Program-made: the position numbers and the translations under genes | Assembly (NCBI GenBank): GCA_024137785.1 | Contig: JAHRHZ010000084.1 | Coordinates: 17,058,875-17,122,874, forward strand | Source of the DNA: Ginglymostoma cirratum | Taxonomy: Eukaryota | Length of the DNA: 64,000 nucleotides | Direction: 5' to 3' | Part shown: positions 1 to 12,244 of the stretch, piece after piece | How the letters are laid out: each line of letters opens with the position of its first letter | How positions within the stretch are numbered: the stretch's first letter is position 1 | Notes under the pieces: generated by a model | The model's database searches: none | Told to the model about the DNA's origin: nothing | Seen by the model: the letters and a program-made list of their open reading frames with translations, nothing else

Positions 1-276
1 TGACCTGTCCATCCTCCCTGGACTGACCTATCTCCTCCCTACCCCCCTACCTATACTCACCTTTACTGGCTCCATCCCCGCCTCTTCGACTTGTCTGCCT
101 CCTCTCCACTTATCCTCTCCTCTATCCGCCTCCCCCTCTCTCCCTATTTATTTCAGAACCCTCTTTCCCCTCCCCCATTTCTGATGAAGGGTCTAGGCCC
201 GAACCGTCAAGTTTTCCTGCTCCTATGATGCTGCTTGACCTGCTGTGTTCATCCAGCCCTATGCTTGTTATCTCAG
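1..276 (+). mobile_element. Penelope-like element terminal (pLTR) fragment with degenerate hammerhead motif
   Basis: C/T-rich tract, then ctgatgaagggtctaggcccgaaccgtc (181-208), then the family tail tgatgctgcttgacctgctgtgttcatccagc. Near-identical to 18594-18692 in the opposite orientation. Confidence 0.75.
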
Positions 277-349
277 GAAAAGATGTGATCGCTTGCACAG
301 TCAAATAGCCTATTGATGTAGATTTTCATCTGAGCCAAAAGGCTGGTGA

Positions 350-478
350 TTTTCTGAAGGGTCTAGGCCTGAAACGTCAGCTTTCCTGCTCCTCTGATGC
401 TGCTTGGCTTGCTGTGTTCATCCAGCTCTACACCTTGTTATCTCAGATTCTCCAGCATCTGCAGTTCCTACTCTCTCA
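350..478 (+). mobile_element. Penelope-derived short element
   Basis: ctgaagggtctaggcctgaaacgtc (354-378) plus the same tail, ending ccagcatctgcagttcc. Confidence 0.75.
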
Positions 479-479
479 G

Positions 480-935
480 GAGTAAACGATAGGGGATAGA
501 GATCACAAGAGACAGAAAACAAATGAGTGGATAATAGCCTGGGAGAATGAATAGCTACTAATGGGGACAATTATTGGCTAACAATGGGTTGTGTGTAATA
601 GCAGACCATGTGATGACAAGGCCTGTGTGTCGGAGCTGGGTAAGGACATGGGAGAAGGTGCCTCAAGCCCTAAAATATTAAGTCCCGAAGGCTGTTGAGT
701 TCCCAAGCGGAAAATGAAGCTCTGTTCTTCCAGCTTCCGCTGAGCTGTATTGGAGCACTGCAGCAAGCCTGAGACAGATGTTGGCCAGGGAACAGGGTTG
801 AAGTGGCAGGCAACTGGAAGCTCGGGGTCTTTTTTTGCAGACAGAACATAAATATTCTGAGAAATGGTCGCTTAGTCTACGCTTTGTTCCTCCAATGCAG
901 TAGACTAGGTTGAGTGAAGCACAGGTGAAGTGCTG
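480..935 (-). mobile_element. Penelope-like retroelement remnant, GIY-YIG endonuclease C-terminus (decayed)
   Basis: The minus strand reads approximately CIGGTKRRLSDHFSEYLCSV..ELPVACHFN with frameshifts. ORF 578-766 then gives QRKLEEQSFIFRLGTQQPSGLN, matching the PLE pattern YIGETKR..RF.EH ... R...EQ..IFRLGTL.P.GLN. Confidence 0.8.
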
Positions 936-983
936 CTGAATATTGATTGTGTGCCAAGGTTAACACTCAGAACCTGGAAGAAA

Positions 984-1112
984 ACGAGATAGCAAGAACT
1001 GCCGATGCTGGAGTCTGAGTCAATACAGTGTGGAGCTGGAGGAACACAGCAGGTCAGGCAGCATCAGAGGAGCAGCAAAGTTGACATTTCAGGTTGGAAC
1101 CCCTCATCAGTC
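984..1112 (-). mobile_element. Penelope-derived short element with hammerhead core
   Basis: Minus strand ctgatgaggggttccaacctgaaatgtc (1110-1083), followed by the family tail. Confidence 0.75.
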
Positions 1113-1828
1113 CTGGCCTCCTGTGTTCCTGTGGCTCCACAATGTACTGACTGAAAGAAACTGACCCTTGCATTTCCAGCAGGAAGCAATAAAGAGCAAA
1201 TTGGACAGGGAAACAACAAAGATGATAAATATTATGCACTCTGTTGTCCACTTATGAAAGGAATGGCTAGCTCAGTTACTGGCCAGTAATCAAACTAATG
1301 GCCTTCCTGATCTTTGCAGCTCAGTCTTAGGCCAGATACACTTCTTTACCACTGAGTTAACTGGAGACAGAATCCCGTCCAGTTTGCATTTATATCTTGC
1401 AATTTGCAAAAACCAGGGTGTGCCCTTCCCATCAAACTTCCCATTTTCCCAGGGTTTGGGAAATGCCATGGCTGTGAATGTTTACTGTATCATTGTCATG
1501 GCAACCTCCTGGCTCGTAAAGGCCATCTTTGACAAATGCAGGCCTGTATCAGTGTGCAAACTTCCTGAAAAAACATGGCACTGTCCCTTTCAACTTGCTG
1601 TCAGGTCAAAGATTAAGTGTCATTACATTCGCTGCTATGCCTATGATACAACTGGTTCAGACCTGCAGGAAAACTTCTCTGTGCACATGGACTCCTGTTA
1701 GTAACTAAACCTTTTAGAGATTTGATGTTTTTGAATGACCGGATGCATTACGTTAACAAAGTGACCTCTACTGTTGAATCTGATGAGAAAGTCATGGGAA
1801 GAAAGAAATAAAATACTGCCATTTGTAT

Positions 1829-2716
1829 TGTAAGAACTGTATCTTCTTTTTCTGTATTTAGAAAATTTTAGAAACCGAAGAGTTTGGAAGGGATTCCTGC
1901 ACTTTCTAAAAGCGGGTCACCAAAACTCATTATAAGTGGTGCCTAAACACTGCTGCCTTGCAGATGGGCTGGCACCAGGAGGTGGACACAGAGTGAGATT
2001 CTGCTGTTGTGGAGTAGTGACTAGTTATCAGTGACAAGACATCACGCTGCCAACATTGATATGGTCGACTACTGTGCAACTGAACAGCTTGAGGATGTGT
2101 ATGTATATATGTGTCAAGAAGTCTTTGGACCTCCAGAATGGGAGATGGTGTATCTCCCTGCAATTGAAAACACCTGAAGCCAGTTATCTTCTCACATTAG
2201 TTGCTTTTAACCAGTTGTCAGAGAGATTTTAATTTGTGAACCAGTAGCTGTGTGTCTCCTGCAAAGAAGTGAAAGTACCCGGAGAAGAGAGATTGAAGAA
2301 CAACAAATTCTGGCAAGCGAAAGGATCATCTCAGAGAAACCCTTGGACTGGGGCCATTGAACTACCTTCATTTTGTTCCTTCCCTCCCAACAGTGTTTTT
2401 GTTTTGTCTGTGTGTACACATCTGCAGTTGAAGTTTTACAAAAGGGTTATGGTTATAAAGGAGTTATAGTTTTAATCAGTAATGCCATGTGTCTACTGTC
2501 ATTAGTTGTTTACCTGTAGTTAAATTCTGTTTATTTGTAGTACATAGTAACTCTTGTTAAAATACAGAAACCTGGTCTGAATTTACCATTTGTCTGAGTC
2601 CAAACAGTTGAGTATATTTAACTTTTACAAACTTTCATAAAAATCTTTAACTTTGGTGACAACTCGGGAAATAGTGGTGATTAATTTCCAGTGCGCTACC
2701 TCAGTGAGGTGTGACA
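1829..2716. mobile_element. Possible solo LTR
   Basis: About 890 bp bounded by TGTAAG...GTGACA with near-matching 4-bp flanks gtat/ttat. No coding remnant is present, so the boundaries are inferred. Confidence 0.3.
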
Positions 2717-2721
2717 TTATA

Positions 2722-2935
2722 GTATCTTTTGACATCTTTGGGATGTTACATAGTCCTTCACAACCAGTGAAATGCTCACTCTTGTAATGTAGGGAAATAT
2801 AACAGCTTATATTGTGTAAGCAATGTCCTACAAGTATGCATGAAGTTGGTGGCTAGTCAGGCTTTCCTGTTGATTGAGGGATGAATATTGGTCAGGATTT
2901 CATGTAATTCTCCTAATCATTTGCAATTATGCCAC
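2722..2935 (-). mobile_element. Deu-domain SINE (SacSINE1/AmnSINE1-like), degraded
   Basis: cactcttgtaatgtagggaaa...ttgattgagggatgaatattggtcagga resembles the clearer copy at 60905-61240. Confidence 0.55.
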
Positions 2936-3009
2936 ATCATGACTTGGACCATGGGTGTTGTGTAAAGGCTTGTGCCTTGAGTTATTATGATGGAATGGTA
3001 TAAGTGTAC

Positions 3010-3133
3010 AAGTATTTGTGAGGCCTTAGAATTGTACTAGCCCTCGCCTTTACCTGCTAAACTTTTCTTTTCTAGAAAGTGGGCAGCTAGCACATGAATT
3101 TTTTTTAAATTGACTAATTTTTATCCGTTGTCC
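3010..3133 (+). repeat. 124-bp segment, first copy of an exact direct duplication
   Basis: aagtatttgtgaggcc...ttatccgttgtcc reads identical to 3876-3999. Confidence 0.95.
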
Positions 3134-3875
3134 TGTTTGTGAAAAACGCATAACTGTGCACTTTGAAAGTGAATGAATTCTGGTGATCTCTCAATTTTTT
3201 GTTTAGAAATCCCTTGAATTTGAATGATCCCTTAAATAATAACGGTATATAATCAGAGCAAAATGTGGCTGTCACACAGGATAAAGATTTCAGCAGCAAC
3301 TGAATGTAAATTTAGAGTTGGAGTATATTATAGAAGTAGAAATGGTTGGTCTTTGTAATTGAGGAAGTTATGCTGCTGGAAGCCTATCAGTGGTTTAAAT
3401 AGAATTGCCAAAAAATTTGGAAAATAGATGAAGCAGTTTTTTCACTAACCAGAAAACAATCTGCATCTAGAATATCGCAAAGTACATATTGGATGAAATG
3501 GCAGAGGTTGAATTTGCTTTTCCCAGTTATAAGACTGTGTCAGTAATAAGCAATTGAGCACTATGTTGCTAGATGTTTGATGCTGAAAGATCCGTGAGTC
3601 ATGCTATAGGCACTTCCTGTTTCTGGGGAAAGTTAATAGTGCTTGCTGCCAAATCCAGCAGGAGTGGCATGGAAGTTTTTTAGGTCAACGGTTTACTCAG
3701 TGTCTCCACCACCCATGTGGGTGGACAGAGTAGCAGATAATTATAGCAGGAAGTCATTTTGCTTTTGCTTAGCACAAAGCCAGGCTTGAATCCATGTATA
3801 GAAGAGTACAGATTCCATCTGGATGAGAAACTGCTGTGTAGAGCAAAAGATCAGTTTGGAAACTGAGGTAGAGTG

Positions 3876-3999
3876 AAGTATTTGTGAGGCCTTAGAATTG
3901 TACTAGCCCTCGCCTTTACCTGCTAAACTTTTCTTTTCTAGAAAGTGGGCAGCTAGCACATGAATTTTTTTTAAATTGACTAATTTTTATCCGTTGTCC
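3876..3999 (+). repeat. 124-bp exact copy of 3010-3133, flanked by agagtg on both sides
   Basis: Identical sequence, with agagtg at 3870-3875 and 4001-4006. Confidence 0.95.
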
Positions 4000-4664
4000 A
4001 AGAGTGCTGACTGATGATGCCCTATATTTTCACATGCAGCTGCAGCCTTTTCTTGCACTGATATCAAGAAGTGTGATTAGCAAGTATGTTTCCTTGTGTG
4101 AGGTGCTGCAGCTGAATTTCCAATCCTTTCCTTGTTTGAGGTCTGTTCATTTTCATAGAGGTTACAGAATATAAATAAGGTTTTATTTTCCTCTGCTAAA
4201 CCTGGCTACATTTGAGGGTAATGACACTGCTTTCGATGCAGATCTTCATCAGATCAGCTTCAGATTGTACAGCCTGACTCTGAAATCACACCATACATCC
4301 CAGATTTAATCTTGAGAAAACTCAGCCATTGTCACCTTGGTTCAGTTGTTAGCATTCTCTCCGCTGGAGCAAGAGCATTGTGAACAAGGATAATTGCGCC
4401 AATACTGTCTAAGGATCCTTTTGTCTGATTGGTTTGGAGTGATGTCAAGTATCACATATATAGTGGGAAGAAAAGCACCAAAGTCTCTGCTTTTGCCAGC
4501 ATGGATCTTGTATCCAATACCAGTGCATAGGCCATTCATTCTCATTGGTGTTGAAAGAAAGAGAGCAAAAAATTCCAACTTAAATAATGGCTTTCACAAC
4601 TTTAGGTTCCTCGTTAGTAACAGCAAGAGTAATGTGCAGTCATGTAGCACCTTCTTAAGATATT

Positions 4665-4970
4665 TAATTTGGTTTATTATTGTCACGTATCTACAGAGCA
4701 GTGAAAAGTTTTATTATGTGTGCAGTGCAGGCAGATCATACCATACAAAGCGCATTATGGTGATAGAACAGAACGAGAAATACAATGTTACGGCTGCAGA
4801 GAAGGTACACAGTGAGATCAGCGTTGAATTTAAAATTTAGGAGGCCCATTCAGACGTCTGTTAACAGCGGGGAAGAAGCTGTTCTTGAATCTGTTGGTAT
4901 GTGTGTTTAAACTTTTTTGTTTTTTCTGCCCGATGGAAGTGGTTGGAAGAGATTATAACCAGGATGGGAG
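4665..4970 (-). mobile_element. Rex1/Babar-type LINE 3' end
   Basis: The minus strand encodes NRFKNSFFPAVNRRLN, a typical Rex1 ORF C-terminus, followed by a 3' UTR ending in aataaa. Confidence 0.7.
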
Positions 4971-6931
4971 AAATCTTTGATTTCTATTTGCTACCTTTGA
5001 TAGGGAAATATTCCAAATTACTTTGCTTCTCCAGAGTACGTACTTGCACGAAAAATTTCAAAAACAGTCTTGTGTGTGAGGGGCCTGATATAAGTGTAAT
5101 CATTACCAATCTATTTTCTGTAGTATCCTTTTCATTTGATTAGGGCAGAATAACTAATGCCTAAGGTGAGCTGCCTGACAATAATTCGCTCCTAGCATTT
5201 TGCTCCCACTCACAACCTGTTCCCAGTTTGTCCTCCTGGTTTGCAACATTATCAGAGCCTTTGTATTTGAATGACTGCTCAGTGTCAGCTTTTCATTATC
5301 GGAGAGTTATTGCTGTAAGTGGAACCCTTACTCCTCAGTGCGAGATAGTTTTCACTGAAAGACTACTCCCTACAACAGGAGATTTTTGTAGCAGGGCCAG
5401 AAATTTAGAAGCTGGTATGGTCTTGACTTGTTGATAGATCTGTAATAAAACTACGCAAGTTTCCCTAATCGGAGCAGTAACATGTTCACGTGTGGTTCCT
5501 GCTGTCATTTTAGTGCCACATATGTTAACCATTTGAAATTAATCAGCCTTCTATTTTAAGCAAGACATTAACTAAAGACTTGTGTTTCACAGACAGAAGA
5601 ATTTGATGTGACTGTGATCATGCTTTTGTTACTAATACAGCGCAGTGCGACTTCCTCCACCCCCACTGGGGGCCAGCTTGTTATGACAGCATATCTGCAA
5701 AATCATCTTCGCAAACCTCACTGCCCACTTGACTCGCTAAAGTTGTGATCTGATAAATGTGCTTTAAATATGAACCGTATTAATTATTGGACAACAAAAC
5801 TGTTCAAAATGGAATGCATGTGTCACATCACGTGGTTTCCAGAGATTTGAAATAATTATGTTTTATAACTCAAATGTTGGGAACGTCATCGAATGTCATT
5901 CCCAGATTACACCATGTTAGTTTGTGGCGCAGTAGTAAGTATTGAGGCACTTTGGATACCAATGCATTTGAACAGATGAGCTGTAGTTTCTGAACCATAT
6001 TTGAAGAATACAAAAATTGCAGCATGAACGCTGATCTCAATCTCACTTGTGCCTGTGGATTTGACGTTTCCTGTTCTGCACACAGTCTGGGTGCCCTCCT
6101 CGATCTGGCCTCCCGTCTTGGAAAATCTGCCCCATCATGCTTGATTTTGTGTATTTTGATCCATTCTCAGCCTGTGTTTTTTGTGAACAACTCTCACATG
6201 ATAAAGCAATTGTGTAAAGTATTCCTGATCAGTGGGTTGAATCGTTCTTATAGAGCCATTGTATTAGAATCTCTCGCTGAGTTAACAGAACAAGCAAAGA
6301 ATGGCCTTTATAAGAAGGTCCAAGTTCTTATTGCTGGGTCTGCTCATTCATTCCACAAATTTAAAAAAAAAGTTGTGCAAGTGTTCAGGCATGTGGATAA
6401 CAAAATTTATCATCAAACCTTAGGGCCAAAGGACTGGCTTTGAAAGAAGGACATTAGATTGCCCTCGATAGACCTGAATGTTTCCTGTCAATTTGTATGC
6501 TCCGAATTGGAAGATGGATGGTCAATATGGGAAAAAGTGTTGTGACAAAACTGAGATTGATTAGTGTTTGAAGGGAACCTTGTTGTATTAATAGATAAAG
6601 GAGATTTGGAAAGTTGGGAGTTAGTTATAAATCACAGTAAGTACTGCTGTGTGCTGTATTTCAAGAATTTTATCATTAGGCATTGACAGCTGATTTAGTC
6701 TGAAGGTAGAAGATGAATGATTGGTACAGGAAGCAACATGCTGATAGTTGGGTACTTCTTGTTTTTTTTTTTAAATAAGATTAGTTTTTCTCCCAGGCAC
6801 GTACCCCCTGACAGATCCTCCTTTATATCAGGCAGGCTAGATGTGCCAGAGGCTCTGCAAAGTGGCCATCACTGGTGTCCCAAAATTAGAAGTGATGGTA
6901 AGCCAAGATGGGTAATCCCTAGTGCTATCTA

Positions 6932-7070
6932 AAATGAAAGCAACATACTGTGAATGTTTGAATTTTGAGATATAAGCAGAAAAGGCTGGAGAAACTCAGC
7001 AAGTCTGGCTGCTTCTGTGGAGATAGAAACAGAGTTAACATTCCAAGTCCACTATGAGCTTCTGCAGAAC
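6932..7070 (-). mobile_element. Older Penelope-derived short element
   Basis: gctggagaaactcagcaagtctggctgcttctgtggagatagaaacagagttaacatt resembles 40922-41018 and 53955-54085. The hammerhead core is degenerate. Confidence 0.55.
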
Positions 7071-8227
7071 AAAATGCCCTCTCTCTGCAATTAGGATTAT
7101 GTACCGTGACTTTACATGAATAAGTGTTCAGAAAAGGGCATTTGCTTTGTAACGCATTCCTCTAATATGTACTCCAACACAATATCCACATCTAATTTGA
7201 AGAACTTTTTTTTTTTTTAATATATGTATTCTGTAACGCTGGGGAATTGTTCAAACGTTTAACTCTTTGTTCTTCCTGCAAGTTAAAATAAATACTACTC
7301 AGTAATTTCCATTTTTGCCCTTTGATCCTACTTCCCAAATTCATTGGAAATAATGGCTTTAAATGCCTTCAGGTGCTTTTTCTTTCCTATGATAATGACA
7401 TTGTATAAATACAAGTTGTTGTTTCAGCAGTCTATTTCATTCTATTTAATATTTTAAATTTTCCTTCACTGCTTTCTTTCATAATAGTTTCAGCTTTTAC
7501 AATCTTCGTTCATACACTTGGGGTCGGTTTTGTTGTCCAGCTATGTATAATTGGCAATCCATGGATGTAATTCTTTCTGACAGACATTGTCTCAGACTGA
7601 AAGTAATTGCATTTTGTAGTCCTTCGATGCATATCAGAACTTTTTTATTTAGACACTCTTCCAATGTCTATGATGGCTAATTATGTAATTGTTTACCAGG
7701 CTGTTGTGGACACTGGGGAGTAACATTGCTTGCTCCAGGTCCCTTTATGGAAATCACCTTGGAATCATTTTAGTCCCAATTATGTACTTACGACCTGCAT
7801 TTTGGAAAAAAATAACAAAGCATTTTCAAAGCTCTAAATTTAATTAAGCATTCATTTGTAATAAAGCAGGAAGTGGAATTTAACTAAACATTGAAAGAAG
7901 GTTTTTTGCGATTTGCGATTTGCAGTGGTGATAAATGTGATTCTGGGTAATGTGCTCATGATATCTTCATTAATATCGAAAGAGAAAATCATCCACCTCT
8001 CAGCATATTGAAGGCTGATAAGTTAACACATCACCCAAGTATTTTGTAAATTTATTCATACAAATACTTCATTTGAATCTAGCCTAGAGAACACTTCCAT
8101 TTGAAAAATATTTTGTACAAAATAACTCTTGGCAATGTCAGATCAAGACATATTTAACTGCATTCTTTCTGTCCAGATTTAGAAATATGAGGCACACCTA
8201 AGATGCGTTTTTTTTTCTTTATTACAG

Positions 8228-8989
8228 AATGTGCTGGCAAAAGCCTTGTACGACAATGTGGCTGAATCACCAGATGAGCTCACATTTCGTAAAGGGGATA
8301 TCATGACGGTTTTGGAACGTAACACAGGAGGTTTAGAGGGATGGTGGCTCTGCTCACTACATGGACGACAAGGTATCGTGCCTGGCAACCGTCTAAAGAT
8401 CCTGGTGGGAATGTATGAGAAGAAACAGCCAACCTCCAGCCAAACACAACAGACCCCACAATCACCACAGCCTTACCAGCAACAGAATGTATACCAAATG
8501 CCATCCCAGTCTTCACAGTATACAGCTATGCACCCCGCTTACCAGCAGGGAGACAATGTCTATATGATGCCCTCATCAAACAAAGTACAACAGAATTTGT
8601 ATCAGGTTCCTCCTGCACTACAGAACCAGTCCAACAAGTGCCCAGTCACTCCAATAAAATTGCAACAACAGACATTGTATCAAAAGACAACATCTCAAGG
8701 CCAGTTGACCCAGTCCGTGAACCCAACGCAGGAGATTTACCAGGTGCCTCCATCAATGAACCAATCCCAGGACATCTACCAGGTACCATCAAAGAGTCCA
8801 CCTCAGGATATCTATCAGGTGCCCCCATCTATTGGATCTGGGCAAGATATCTACCAAATACCTCCATCCATGAATTCAGCCCAGGACATCTACCAAGTAC
8901 CTCCATCCATGAATCAGTCACAGGACATCTACCAAGTACCTCCTTCCCTGGAAAAGACAAATTGGGAAGGAACAAAACCAGTGGGAAAG
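8228..8989 (+). CDS. BCAR1: Internal coding exon (equivalent to human exon 2) of BCAR1/p130Cas: SH3 domain, Q/P-rich linker and YQxP substrate-domain repeats
   Basis: Translation NVLAKALYDNVAESPDELTFRKGDIMTVLERNTGGLEGWWLCSLHGRQGIVPGNRLKILVGMYEKK matches the BCAR1 SH3 I recall and ends WEGTKPVGK (human WEGTKPPAK). Acceptor is ttttttctttattacag|AAT at 8227/8228 and donor is AAG|gtaaga at 8989/8990. Length is 762 bp = 254 codons, phase 0/0. Confidence 0.95.
8729..8949 (+). repeat. Coding tandem repeat, six units of 36-39 bp (Q-D/E-I-Y-Q-V/I-P-P/S)
   Basis: QEIYQVPPSMNQS, QDIYQVPSKSPP, QDIYQVPPSIGSG, QDIYQIPPSMNSA, QDIYQVPPSMNQS, QDIYQVPPSL. The DNA motif caggacatctacca recurs. Confidence 0.9.
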
Positions 8990-10329
8990 GTAAGAGAAGG
9001 TCGTGAACTGTGAGCACACCTTACGAAAAAGATAGTACTGCATCTACAAATCATCTACCATCAATATTTGTGGGGAAACAGGAAGGGAATTCACATACAT
9101 CAGTCATTGCTATGCTGTTGGAGAGATTAGGAACATTCAGAATGACTTATCAATGATTATCACAATAACACTGTCCAAACTCATAGCTGATGGTATGACC
9201 ATCCAGTTTGAAAAAGTACAGTCAAAATTATACATAATTCAGATTACAAGTAACATTCCTCAAACGCTGCAAAGAGCTGCCCCAATCTGTCTCTTCACTT
9301 GTGCTAAATAGGAGTTGGGCCTGACTGAAAATTAACAAGAACAACAAGCTGAGCTCCTTTTGGCCCATCTGGTTGAGCAATCATTGTAAGCAATGCTTGC
9401 GTTCCTTCAAAATAAATTCAGCTATAACACCCTAAAGTCAGCATTTCCTTTTATAAACAATGTGTACCCCAAGGAGAAGGAAAGCTGTAAATCTGACTTT
9501 TGGAGCAGAACCCATTAAAGTGAAACAAACTCTACTTCAGACACGTGACATGTGATGCTACCTTCATTCCAAGTTAGTGGATATGCCAATAAGTAGATGT
9601 TGATTTTAATTATTCTATTGCATTGGCTGCCTCACATCAAAGTTACCAGCTGCACCTGCAATGACAGCAACCTTTATAGGAGTTCTTAAAGTGGTCTCTT
9701 CAATCCTGGAGCATATTAAAGACGGCCCCAATATAACTATTAATGCACTTTAAGCAACTATATGTAACAAAAATATAGTTAACGTCCTTCAATCTTATTA
9801 TTCTTTACATCAATTATTATGTTTGTAAAACTGCCGGAGAACTTTGGCTGGTGCAAGATGAGAGGTCATTAAAGTGCTTGGTCAATTTGAATTTAACATG
9901 CAGTCAGTTCTGTTGAAGACATGGTGCAAAAAATTGAGTGGAATTAAACAAAACATCCAATCTGGACATGCCCTTCCTGATCAGTAGGTTGGACGCAATG
10001 TTCCTCTTGATCCGTATTGTGTGCGGTTCTTTGCTGTTTAATCATAAAGAGGCTCCTGCAGTTTTTGAGATGATGCAGAAAGGTATGAAAATGATTCCTG
10101 TATCAGGAATTAAAGTCAGAAAAGAAAGACTTGTTTCTTTTTGGGGAGGGGGCTGTGGTGAGAAAAGGTGTTTTGAGGCGACTTCTTTGAAGTTTTTAAA
10201 GTTATGAAAGGCTTGAATAAATTGACCCAAAGTTTCTGGGAAATGTGACATTGTGACATGCCACACGTTATTCGTTAAATAATGGAATTATAGGTGTATG
10301 CCAAATCGCATGATTCAACTGGTAGCTCT

Positions 10330-11050
10330 GTTCTCTTTGAGGCAGCACGTTCTATATCAAAGAACCACTTTGATCAGAGGGAAAAGGTGCTTTCCTTGAG
10401 TTAAATCAGGGAATTTGGTTAATACCCTGGCAAATATTCCTCTATCAGCTAACACCATCAAAACTATCTCATTGCTCTTTACAGGATTGAACTGTGCACA
10501 AAATGGCTGTTACATTACCATCATAATCGTCCACTTTGGGATAAATCCTTGTGCAATGCTTTACTCCTGAGAGACAGGGCAAAGAATTTTTTAATCTAAA
10601 TATTAGTTGGCACGCTGGAAGAACTTCGTTGCTTTTCTTCAGTTAGTCCCTTACAGTCTCTTACTTCTGTCCGTTAAGGCAGAAGTAACTTGTTTCTTTT
10701 AGAGCTCAGGGTAAGTCAGGCTATTTCTGCACTTGTTCCTATATTTAATGCAACTGCATGTTCAATTTGTTACCAATAAACATTGAAACAGGGTTTAGTT
10801 TTCACACTGAATTACTTGGACAAGGAGGTTTAACTAGGTCTTCACTATGATGAGAAACTTGCTCAAGTAAATAGGGAGAAGCTATTTCTAGTGACAGGAA
10901 GGTCACTGTATAAAATCCCATGTGAATGGTGCTACCTTTGAAAGTGTATTGAGTGTCTGCCTGGGCTATTTGCTCATGTGTCCGGAGAGGGACTTGAACC
11001 CATGACCCATTGAATCCAAGGAGAGTGCTACCACTGAAACAAAGCTGACA
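10330..11050. mobile_element. Nested degraded Deu-domain SINE pieces (both strands) and a CR1 fragment
   Basis: ccctggcaaatattcctctatcagc (+); gggacttgaacccatgacc (B-box-like on the minus strand, ~10990); aatagggagaagctatttctagtg (CR1-like). Confidence 0.45.
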
Positions 11051-11249
11051 CTTTTTTTATGAAGGAAAGCCAAAGGGAGCTGGAGATGTCAAATACATTA
11101 TGAAAAGCCACTGAAATGGGCAATGTGAATGAGTTCAGGAGACAATTGGAGAAGGAATTAAAAAATATGGGACTAAATTGGACCTCATGGCCTTCTCCTG
11201 TTCTTGAGAATTTAATCACACAAGAATGTTTTATGAGTTTCCGTGGTAT

Positions 11250-11253
<4 letters not shown>

Positions 11254-11305
<52 letters not shown>
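11254..11305. repeat. (TG)n microsatellite, about 26 units
   Basis: Uninterrupted tg run. Confidence 0.97.
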
Positions 11306-11307
<2 letters not shown>

Positions 11308-12244
11308 ATAGGGGAGAAGAGCTGGGAGGACTTCCCAAGGTAGTTAGTGTGTGGGACATGAGTGAACACACTCTGTTGCCATGACAGGATTGATAATGGA
11401 CTCTTGGTTAATGACTACCTCAATTGAAATGAATTCATCTCCCCCTCACTATTGGACTCCAGTAACTCTAAACCAGCTTGCTGCCCTTTATGATCTCATT
11501 AGCGCTTAGAAATCAAACGAGAAATAAATTTACATGGAAACCTGTTGAGATTAATTTTAATTTCTAAATTGTTTGAACTGTAAAAGAGGCCCCCCTAGAC
11601 TGATCATCTTTCATAGAGTCATACTTTTGTGTGTAAATTGTTTTTGCAATCGCCGATGGTAAATAAAGTCTTTCCGTGTGTACAAATCCATGTTTGAGGT
11701 ATTGTGCAGGGAAGGTGCAGATATAACTGTTGAGGGTAAGGCTTCAGATTTGGTGTAAAGTTGGCCAATAGTCATTTACTTGCAGATAGCAGAGGTAATG
11801 GTAAGAAAATACCAACTGCAGCTTTGTTAAAGCGAGTGGAAGTCTGACGTGGATAGCAACTCATCTTTATATTTTCGACAAATTGGAAAGTGTCTTTTGA
11901 ATCTGCCCTAATTTTCACATAAGAAGAAGGCGAGTGTGAAACCTAGCCAGAACCAGAAGGGTCACAGTAAGTAACCAGCTGATGACTGGCACTTGGCCTT
12001 AATGGGAAATAATTGGTGATATGGTTCATTTAATGATGTCACAAACAGATGGGGAAATGTAATTCTGCGATGATAATATGCTACTCATTACTTTTTGAGG
12101 TCAGCGTAGGTCAGGCTATTTCTGCACTTGTTCCTGAATTTAATGTAATTGAAAAAATTGAGTGTTTAAAACACTTAGCAGTGTGTACAATTTGTGATCA
12201 ATGAGCATTTAAAAAGAGCTTAGTTTTTATCCTGAGTTACTTGT

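Noticed and set aside
8161-8227. Alternative acceptor ttctttctgtccag at 8176, 51 nt upstream and in frame
   Set aside because: Its use would introduce TAG at 8180-8182, and there is no evidence that it is used.
8231-9013. Treating the 260-aa ORF as a complete single-exon gene
   Set aside because: It starts at a GTG three bases inside the exon, and the last seven residues are intron read-through. Canonical splice sites define 8228-8989.
8638-9017. Overlapping alternative-frame and antisense ORFs with repeated peptides
   Set aside because: They are shadows of the BCAR1 tandem repeat.
12065-12140. C/D box snoRNA (atgataa ... ctga)
   Set aside because: The C box is imperfect, there is no clear terminal stem, and the paralogous copy lacks the D box.
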